Assembly: GCF_022045235.1 (NCBI RefSeq)
Contig: NW_027266308.1
Span: 31,682,001-31,746,000 of the forward strand
Source of the DNA: Haliotis cracherodii
Lineage: Eukaryota
Direction of reading: 5' to 3'
DNA: 64,000 nucleotides
The notes beneath the pieces were generated by a model. It was not told where the DNA came from and did no database searches. It saw nothing but the letters and a program-made list of their open reading frames with translations. The position numbers and the translations under genes are program-made. This document shows positions 11,581-22,300 of this stretch, one piece after another. Within the stretch, counting starts at the first letter, position 1. Each line of letters starts with the position of its first letter.

Positions 11581-13020
11581 TGATGAACTTTATATCACAG
11601 ACTCTGATCTTGTCTTGTCTTGTGAGCTAAATTCAAATACAATTAAGTATTTGACTGTTAGTAAAGTAGAACTAGGGTCTCCTCACCAGTTTTGCTGGCT
11701 ATGAAGAGCTCGATAGGAGTCGATTAAAGGAGGTGCAATTGTGTTTGTGGCGTTTGCCACCGACGGGTGAAGATACGTTCATCTGTTTGAGAACACCTGG
11801 TATCATCACTATTTGATATGGATTCATAAACATATGCATACGATATAGTCGGAATCGTAAAACTCGTTCCAGCTCATATTTCTTATGATTAGGCAAAGGG
11901 GCTTGTGAGTCAATGTTAGCACGTGTTTCATTAGGCAAATGACTTTGTTCGAAATATGCCTCTGTTCACCAAGGAATGAATGGGTACCTGGTAAGATGTC
12001 TGTAAACCTAGCGCCTTATGAGGCGGCTTGGGTTGTGTAATCCCAGGGCAGCTGAAAATGAAATATGAATGCACACTGATCCAATGCTCGGGATGTCAAT
12101 AAACTGGTGGCATGAGTGGAAGGCGCATTATAAACAATGCATCTTAATATATGTTTACCATTGTTCAATCAGATTGTGTTTGATACAACCAGCACCTCAC
12201 TGAATATACTTCTTCTTCTCTATCACTTTACCTTCACGTAGTTTCAAGTATCATTTTAAACTTATTGAAACTAATATGAATAAAATTAACTACATAAAAC
12301 TGTGTTTTGTTGTGAAACAACCTTATTCATATCTAAACTATCTAGAAAATCTTAAAATCGTGTCAGGAAATTAACCGACTCGTCTATTTCACATAACAAA
12401 ACACGTTCAACATGGAACAACAACACGACAACACTTGTATTATTCTTTTATAGTGAGAAAACATTGTCTCACTAATGAGTATTGAGCTGAGATCAAACTG
12501 TTTGTTGCAAAATAAACGAGGTAAAGGTAAGTATAAGATATAACTGTAACATGAAACCGGCAGTGTTTAATGTGACCAGCATGTGTCCATAATGAATCCA
12601 ACCTTTGCTGTAAGTATAAAGCAACGTCACACATAACTGAATCACTTAAGTGACCAATCCTATAGAAATGAAAATTCAAATTCTCATGAAATATTCAGAG
12701 TTGTCTTGAGTATTTTTGGAGTCCCTTTTACGATATTTCTGTATGGTGTCATCACTGCTCACACGGCAACTATTAAAATAACGTGATGTGAATTGAAGTC
12801 CATCAGTCTCCCGACTGTAAAACGCTCATTCTAAGTTTTCAACTTATAATAACACTTATAACATTTAAATTCTACGTGATCATGATAACCTATCACCTAT
12901 CATATTATCGAAACAGTTCATAATCATTGACTGAATTGAGCTAGTACATTCTTCTGTCTTGAAAATCGTCTCACAGGTATGGTCACTCGCTATCTGGATT
13001 ACCTGCCCTGTCATCCTGAC

Positions 13021-13191
13021 TGAGTATGACTGACTGAGTATGGTTTTACGCCGCTTTTAGCAATATTCCAGTTATATCACGAAGGGGGATACCAGAAATG
13101 GGCTTCATACATTGTACCCTTGTCGGGAATCGAACCCGGGTCTTCGGCGTGACGAGCGAACGCTTTAACCACTAGGGTACCCGACCGTCCC
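13021..13191 (-). mobile_element. tRNA-derived SINE, family A (~170 bp, tRNA-Asp-like head)
   Basis: A/B boxes (TAGTGGTTAAAGCG...GGGTTCGATTCCC), GTC at the anticodon position, and TSD CCCTGTCATCCTGA. Confidence 0.85.
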
Positions 13192-13460
13192 TGTCATCCT
13201 GAACAGTGTCGAGTTGTGCAACATGAAACCTCTTCCAGCGAGATGAATGTCTTCTGATATACTGCTCTTCATTCCTGGCTGTCATGGAGTTACCACTCTT
13301 GTCACTTGTACCACAATTCTACATTCTTTTAGGACGACTCTATCATACACAGACCTCTCTAAAACCTGATACATATATAGTGCAGTGTATGTAGACTTAC
13401 TAGCATTCTCCAAGCTTCTCTTTAACTTCATAAACTCTTCATCTCTCTGTGTTGCTGCAC

Positions 13461-13618
13461 GCGGTGGGGTAGCCTTGTGGTTAAAGCGTTCGCTCGTCAC
13501 GCCGAAGACCCGGGTTCAATTCCGCATATGGGTACATTGTGTTGAGCCAATTTCTTGTGTCCCTAGCCGTGATATTACTGGTATATTGCTAAAGCGGCAT
13601 AAAACCATATTCACTCAC
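13461..13618 (+). mobile_element. tRNA-derived SINE, family A
   Basis: GCGGTGGGGTAGCCTTGTGGTTAAAGCGTTCGCTCGTCACGCCGAAGACCCGGGTTC...CTCAC tail, with TSD-like TGTTGCTGC. Confidence 0.85.
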
Positions 13619-13799
13619 TGTTGCTGCCTTGAGTTCTTTCATTCTGACTGCCTTTTCTTTGTCTTTCTCCAGGTCCAAGGATTAGTCTTTCATGTCAGTT
13701 TTTAAAGTGGCTCTGATATTGTGGCTAAATGTGGAACGAATCTGCCATAGAAATAGACAAATCCGTGGAAGCGTCTTACTTTTGCTGGACTTACATGTC

Positions 13800-14900
13800 T
13801 TTTCGCGTCAACCACAGTCTGTCACTCCAGACACTTTGCCTTTCTGTGAGAAAACATGTCCAATGAAAATCAATCCTGGGTCAAGTCCAATCCCCACATT
13901 AAATCCAGCTTTGAGCCATTCATGTCGTTGGTAATTTAATCTACAGATGGAATGGTGTGTCTTTTTCTAACAACTGCCTGGTTAACCCGTCACATGTCAC
14001 ACATCCTTATCTCATTCTGAGTTTTTCGGACAGCAGATATAGGTGATACCCAGGGGATAGGGCCTGTTACCCAACATCTGTTGCTTTCTCAGGTGCATTG
14101 GCAATCTTCTTAATGATCGGGCTACAATTTTAACATCAATGTCTATATGTAGTTTCAATTTGCCGGAGCCCGCAAAATACTCACCATATTCCTGATTCAG
14201 TTGCTCATATTCTGTCGAAACTGTGTTTACTCCAATCCTCAGAACTCATAATTCAGTGAAACTTCGACCTGGCACATGAACAAAATCAGCTGCCACCGAT
14301 TTAACCACATTTAACTACAGTTCTGATCTTCCCTCGCACATCCATGGTGTGTGGTTCTTAAGTGTAGGGGTGCATGTTATTGCCAGTTGATTCAAGCTTG
14401 CATCCCTTTTGTTGGGGTTTCTCACAAAGTTCAGTATTTATGATGTTAACAGTAGCTCAAGGGTCAACAAGATTTTTTTGTTTCAAGTTGCCGCTTCCTG
14501 CAATTACTGTCCGATAAGCAGAAAAGATATTTATTTAAGATTCAGGATAATACATTACCTCACCAGTGACTGACTGTCCAACGTTGTTTTCATTGTCAAC
14601 AAATCTGACACGTGAGTTCCACTTCCGGCCTCAAGAGTGACGTCCCCTTGACCGTGTCGTTTCGTCACCACGTCCTGTAATTAGGCAGGGAAAGGTTTGA
14701 ATTATTCTTTCCTCTCCAGATGTCCTATTTTCCCAAACACTTTTCTTGTTAATTTTGCAAAGCAATCTTCATCTCAATATTGCCGATCTTCGCTTGTCAA
14801 CCATTTGATTTCGTCACTACGAATCTTTTTCTCCCTGTTTTGCCAGACGAAAAACATGTCTCGAATGCCACATTTAGGAAGAAAGTGTTCATCCTACTTC
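13800..14900 (-). mobile_element. Decayed Ty3/Gypsy-like gag-pol remnant
   Basis: Minus-strand peptides VTGPIPWVSP (about 14041-14070) and RMCDM*RVNQAV...RHTIPSVD resemble the Gypsy RT N-terminus. RNQMVDK.RSAILR.RLLCK (about 14750-14815) resembles gag. Many stops and frameshifts. Confidence 0.6.
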
Positions 14901-15981
14901 ATCAATGCGGTACCGTACGCCGTACGAGTATATCTAACTGTTACGTAAATGTCCTGTAATTTCGATCCAACCAAATGGAACAACATCGCTCGTCATTGTC
15001 AACACCAACAGCTAACGCTTGAATCGGGAGCAACAGCAACACAACACATCTGGTCGTCATGATTTGTTGCCTTGAGGTGCGGCTCGTACGCGTGCACTAT
15101 GACTACATGAGCTTGTGTCATATGATTTAAGGAGTTGATCTGTAAAAAGACGAGTAATAGCTTTTTTTAGCCTGACATTCAACTATTGAGTGTATAATAA
15201 TATGGAATAATAATTGTTTGAGTATCTTTTCCTTCTGCTAAGCATAGCAGATACATTATTCTGACCCTTGGCAGTCGGAGAAACAAGTTGCAGACAGGAC
15301 TAAAAGATGAGATTCCAAATAAAAAACAATAAATACGAACTGCCTGAACATCCCATTCGGGGGTTGGAAGTGCTTTCTACGGAGAAAGAATTGGGCATTA
15401 TAAGTCACCAGGTCCCGTTCCAAAAGCGACTTTATACTAAGAGGATCTAAACTCTTATACTTCAGCAGAGACATACAATTGACTCCCTCCTAGTTCCCAT
15501 TTGAGTTGTTCCACTGGGTATTCAGTGACAGAATTGATCCCTTTAACCTATTATGGTCTTAGGAGGTGACAAAGTATCGGGTAGTTCGACTCGGTGACTT
15601 TGTTGAGAGAGTGTCATTGTCAGGGATGTTGACTATCTTCCAGCTACGATTACTCTACGGAGCCATCGTCAGAAAACCCTGACTTGAACATTGATTTATA
15701 TCATTGTAACCGCTGATGCATGTGCTTCTGTTGAACAGGAACCTTACATATAAAATTACACACATTTGATAATCATTATTAAAGCCAAACGCTTTCCATA
15801 TAAATACAAGGTTCGTCCACGGCGCCGTTGTACAGATTGATTATAGCCGAATATGTCGTTAAACAACAAACAAACATTAGAACTGTGATCATGGCAACCA
15901 AACAAAAGTAGAAGTAGGTGTCAGCCTATTCACACTCAACAGCATAATTCTAAAAAACGCTATAAATGGCAAGTAATAAAT

Positions 15982-16130
15982 AAAATACTAAACTCGCTCC
16001 CGTGTAAAGCAAATTTTATGAAACTCGTGAATAGTTGTGGTATCTGACGAGCGAAAGTGAGTCAGATACCACAACTATTCACTCGTTTCATAAAATTAGT
16101 ATTACACGGGAGCTCGTTTAGTATTCTATA
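15982..16130. repeat. ~150-bp near-perfect palindrome (MITE-like) upstream of the gene 2 leader exon
   Basis: Arms AATACTAAAC..GAATAGTTGTGGTATCTGAC / GTCAGATACCACAACTATTC..GTTTAGTATT with a 12-nt loop. Second copy at 50749-50899. Confidence 0.85.
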
Positions 16131-16311
16131 TTAAGCTCATGGTATATGTTATCGCATAAGGAAAATTCGATACTATGATATTGCAATTCACCGAACAAAG
16201 AAGTCTTTCACAGATTATGCGTTACAATAATCACCTCTTTCAACCTTTGTGAGCGTTCTTCCCTGTTGGGTACACCACAACGAGTAGATGCAAAACACAC
16301 AGACCGGAGAT

Positions 16312-19300
16312 ATGTGGACTGCGAGGCTGCTTGCCTGTTACCTGCACTGTGTGTATGCAACTAGTGTCAACATATGTAAGTAAACGTCTCCACTTACTGT
16401 AGTTGTTATTCCTTTTAATGTCAATTTTTCATTTGAAGAGTTGTTATGTTTACTTTAATATGTCAGAAATATCTCAACTTGGATTTTTTTATCCGAATAT
16501 GTGGAACCACAATGATTACTAGGGGGTGTCTAAGCCTTCAGTTTCGAAACTGTCATCGTGTTAACATGCATGCAAAAGTCAGGGGTCTGTACTTCGAATT
16601 ATGTAACATTTTCCCTTTTCATCTGTGTATGGCATCTCTTTGTTAGGGCCCACGTGTCACGGTATGATATTGAATTTCACATCTGAGAATATAGTATTTT
16701 TTAAATCAAATATTCATTCAATTCATCACGCACTGTCATTCCTGTCCTTTCTCTACGTGTCGCTCCAGTGTGCATTTGGACGTGAGTAGGAATTCGTTGT
16801 CATTGTCGCTGTCTATGATTCAGTCTAAAACAGTTATTCAGTTTATAATATACATTGCCATTGCAAAACTGTATTTTCTGTAAGTGTCTCAGTTATTTCC
16901 ATTTATACCTTTGAGTGTACTTATGAACACTATGCCATCCACGTAAGTGAGTGAGTGAGTGAGTTTGGTTTAACGCCGCTTTTAACAGTATTCCAGTTAT
17001 ATCACGGCGTGTCAGCTTAATGTGGGAGGAAAGCCCGACGTGATGCAGGTCTCAGACGTTTACCACTTCGGTGAAACCCACGAGCACGGGTATGGTGCTG
17101 ACAAACCTAGAAACATAATTGGGGCAAACCGGGATTCGAACCCACAATCCTAGTTTTCTGGCGTGCCCAAGGGACGCAACTCTGCACAGCGAATCGCGGC
17201 GCCTTAGACGACTGGGCCAGCCATCCACGTAAGGAAGTAACACAATTTACTATGATGTGCTTATAAGGTAATAGGCTTTTTATCAAGGAAAATCATAATT
17301 TAGATGGGAACATTTGTTATCAGTAACAGTAAATTCATATCGAGTTTGCTGGCTAGTGAACATGCTTTGATAGGCATCGCGTTCCTAATATTACATTGAA
17401 TGGTTTCAACTGCAGTCACAGATTTTCCTCAATTCACAATCTCGGACAAAAGCTTTACAGCCATATCAAACAGCTATAAGGAAGTTATTTATCCAATCAG
17501 GACGATGATATGGTCATAAAACTGCCAGTCATGTATATCTATTTATATAATATCGAGAGCTGTGTATTCCAAAACGAATGTCTTCCCTTACATGGCAGAA
17601 TGGCATACTGACGTCAAATCAAGTGACATCCGGTGAGATATAAGCTGAGCTCGATAACTATTTATCAGTGAATGTTACCGGAGGAAGAGTACCAAGAACT
17701 GGATAAGTGCTAAAGTATCGGTTCCACGGTATCTTCATTTTGATGAAAACGATTTAACGTTGTTATGCCATTTGTCTTGCAAACTCACTGAGTTACACAG
17801 TAGGGCAGTGCTGCACGGGAATAAGATTCATCAATATGTCCTCATCTGATTCTACTCTGTTTGAAAGAGTTTCAAGGTCATATCTGAATTTGTAACTACA
17901 ATTGGAAAACCACTTAATGCAATGCATTATTTTTATAGAAGACCCATAACAGAACCAATTTAAAGGACCATTGTATAATACTGTGACTCATTTGAAGCTT
18001 AATATTATGTAACGTGTATACATTTTACACACAGTGACGTTATGTTAATTGCCAAGCGAGGGTATTCTTATTTGCGGGGCACGGGTGGTCTGAGCCGACG
18101 CAATTCGCTGTGCAGATCTGCGTCGCTTTGGCCCGCTATAAACCTTTATTGTGGACTCCCGCTTCGCCCTGATCACTTCGGGTGTTCGTCCACTATCAAG
18201 CTGATACGCCGTTACATTAATGGAATACAGTTCAAAGCGGCGTTAGATGAAACCCACTCACTCGCTCTGTATTTGATTAAGATGCGATCCGATCCGATCC
18301 TTTAAACATGAGCTAGATATTGTAAATGTAATTAATTGACTTTAGTGAAATGTTACTTTTGGGTGTATGTTCCGGTACATTGTATAAAATGTCAGTGAGC
18401 CCGTATCATTATTTCACTTCTATATTATTCCTTTTATGACAACTGAGTTCACAATACTGTACTATGCCTCCTTAATTTGGAAGTTTCAAACGACTTCAGT
18501 TTGGTTTTAAATCTACTTTCTAAATCTATAACACAGTGGTCGTGTTGCCTAATTACGCAGAAGAAAACAAAACATGATAAAAGCGTAAAAACTGAGGTGT
18601 GGTAGAAAGAACTCCAACTTGAGTAGTAAGAAATAAAAGTTTTCAGATCAAGGTCAACATAAATCAACAAATGTGATATATGTAAAAACACAATTGCAAT
18701 CAATTTATATGAGACAACACTAATTGACATCGGATAGGAAAGCCTTAAATGGTGTGGACCGATAATGGATACGTTACTAAATTATATGTCATTAATCATT
18801 TGCAGCCACGGAGACAAAACACATCTTTATAAACGAGGAGGAAAACAACTGGTGGGATGCTCGGAAAAACTGTAAGATGGCGCCGGAGAGAGATCTGTAT
18901 ATTTCTGATGCAGAGTTCCTCCCTCCACTCGTGGATGAAAACCTACACAGCAACACTTCCTACTGGGTAGGAGCCATGAGGTATTCAACATGGATATGGA
19001 CAGGTGAGTCTGTAGAAGTAGTTCCCACATCTAAATAGAAAATAGATATGCATAAAAGCTGTGTATGCATTTATCTTAACTTATAGTTAATCTGTTGTTG
19101 ATGCCTCTTATGTATGATGTTACAGAAGATGGTACCCCGCTCTACAACTATAATGGATACAATTATACAACTCCAGGAAGCAGCCCCAAAAGCAACTTGT
19201 CTTACAACTCCGTTTTCGAGTGTCACCTCAAATGTCCATCCAACCGTATAGTAGGCCTGAGCGTAAGGAGAATGCATGTTTTTGGTGACACAATACTATT

Positions 19301-22300
19301 GATCCCAAAGTGGTAAAAAGAATTAAATTACGTATGTACATTTACTTCTGTTTTGAAAACCTACAAACGACACACGAAGGACGCATGAGAGAAGGATACA
19401 GATGTGTTGAAGTAATGTTGTACAAACACATCATATGCTAATAAAAGAACCGCTGTGCAGTAAAAAGATCATAATTTCCTATCGTAAAGTGTTTTTTTAT
19501 GACAGGGATACTCAACTCATCATTGTTTCGTTATTTATAGGGGCAAAGGTGTTATTGTCTCGAAAATGCGCATACAGTAACAAATACCAGTGCAGGTGGG
19601 ATGCAGTGTCCTGGCAACCCAGAAGAAATGTGTGGCAACGACGATGTCATGTCAGTCTACACACTAGGTACTGCTGTGTGCGCATTTACACGTGTATTAC
19701 ATAAAAAAATCGGAGAGTATTGTTATAAGGTTATACTCAAAGGCAACAATCTTCTTGTGTTATGTGTGTTGTCACTTTTATCTATGTTAGAGGGGTTCAC
19801 ATTGATATACTGATGGTCAGGACTCTTAACTTCCGGTTTCTCTTAGTTTGTTTTCTTGTCAACATTATAGCCATATGGTAATATAGTTTACAGTAACGTG
19901 TAATGTACGTAATGCTCAGGATGTAAACGATATATTGAGTCATAAATAACTTGTGTATGTTTGTGTGACTGTATGTTACTTTCGCCTTTTTGTAGGAAAC
20001 TTCAGCTTTAAACCCAGGAGGACTGGAGTATGTGCTTATGCAGAAAAAAATACAACTACAATCTCCATAAAACCAGACTATTACTACAAGTGTGTAACAC
20101 AAAGGCGAAGATTTGCATATTATTCCCACAGTAAGTATGGCCGACGTTGTCGTCTGCTTCACACAAGTTTGATCACATCCCTCTCTTACATAATCAGTAT
20201 TTCCTGCAGCCTGAAATTATTTACCAAAGGGAATTCAACAAATGTAAACTTTAATACCCCAATATAAACCTAAACAAAACTACTCATGTCAACCCAAGCT
20301 CGTAACTGTCACGTGCACATTGCATGGTCCTGCCAAGCACAGAAAAATAATCGCGTTCTGGCATTAAAACAAATAAATACAGTAACTAGAGCAGCAAATA
20401 CTGGTTTCAGAATGTATTTCAATTGTTGACGTTTCCGAATGAACCGAAACTTCCTTCACGCAAACAGTCCACGATAAGTAACACAATACACATCTACTAA
20501 ACATAGAGATCTTGTATTGTCACGGACTGTAGTAAATTATTACTATGATTAATTTAACAATATTCGTATAATCTCATGGATTGTGTTTTTCGATGCCTTC
20601 TGGTTTTACCTACGACGTTATTGGATATCGTAATTCATATGTTTGTAGATACTCACCACTGGAACTGTAATGGGAGCGTTTGTGTGTCGGCGGGAAACAA
20701 CTCGCAGTCATGGATCAACGCTCATAAATCAAATGATCTGATCAAACTAATCTCCTCCACTGCAAGAGATATCCGCAATATTCCAGGATATTATAAATTT
20801 TGGATTGGGCTTGTACTAAAATTCACAAGGAAATGGACTGATGGTACGTTTCTAATACCTGCCAGGTTTGAATGGTATACTACTGAAAAATGAAACGCAT
20901 ATCTGAATTCAACACATTTTATATAAATAACTAATTCATTTGGTGATAAATGTGTCTCACATAATTATTGTCTGTGTATGAAGAATTCATTAATCATTAC
21001 AAAATTAGCAATATCACTGGTCACAAAGCTCAAAGATGTAACACCTCAATATCGTGTATGACCACCATTGGAATCAATAACAACTTGACACCGTAAAACC
21101 ATCCACATGAACAGTTTGGGGATGTTATTCCACTCAAGTCCTGCAATGTTTCAGGATCAGTGTTTGGGTTCAGATCTGGTGATGTATAGGAATGTTGTTC
21201 TAGGCTACTCAGTTTTGAAACAAGAGTTGTCGTCTTTGTCATGTTGACAAGCGACGTAACATTGGTTCATGAATGGAATGACATGTGTCTGAAGTGGAAG
21301 TTGACAATAATGGCGTGTCAGATCAAAGCCACATGTGTGAGCTCTGGTTTCTACTTCCTTCAATGATTTCTGACGATTTGGTCGCAAATACTGCGCAGAC
21401 CTGGAACAACAGAAGTGGTAGAGGGGGCCTTTAAGAAACGGTTGCGGAGGCGAGGTACGCGGACAAAATGATCCTGGGTGGACGTGGTCACCCGTGGTCT
21501 TTCAGAACGAGGCAAGTCACACGCTCTTCCTTGAGCCTGGTAACGGTGCCAAAGTAGTCCTACGGTGATCTGCGAAACGATCTGTAGCGTTCCCCAGCAT
21601 CCAAACAGACAATGGCATTGTTTCGTACATCCTCATCATGTCCTGACGTGACTTCCAACGTTCACCGCTCCTCGGGCCCCGCACGTTTGTTTTGTGAGAT
21701 TCCATCTTTATGATGCTACTTTGGTTCTGACACAAACTATGTGTATTCGGATGGTGAATGAAAACCACTATGTGTGCAAACCACGATATGGACATTGCGA
21801 AACCATTTATTGATAATGATACCCAACTCTAAATAGCTTACTTAGTTTTTTATTTTGGAATATTAGTGTTAAGAGACATGGAACGGATAAAAAAGATTTA
21901 CGCCACACTCAGCAATAGTACAGCTATCTGACAGAGGTCTGTACATAATCCAGACAACCCGGTTACGGATGTCATAACCTTTGAGATTGGGATACGATAA
22001 CATGCATCAACCAGTTCTGACCACTCGATCCTGTTAGTCGCCTCTCACCAGAAGTATGTGGTGCTGAAGACCAATTCTAATCCCGAGTGAGTGAGTGAGT
22101 ATGGTATTACGCCGCTTTTAGCAATATTCCAGAAATATCACTGCGGGGGACACCAGAAATGGGCTTCACAAAAAATCACTAATTTCAGTATAGCACTATT
22201 GAAAATGACACTGGAAAATGGCTAAATCAAATGGCTTAATTGTATAAATGGCATAAATGATTTAGTAATATTATGAATTTCAAGGCTTTTAACATATGCC

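Noticed and set aside
13461-13535. tRNA-Asp-like sequences (also near 39831, 59290, 13120)
   Set aside because: They continue into a shared SINE body and tail with TSDs, so they are SINE heads rather than tRNA genes.
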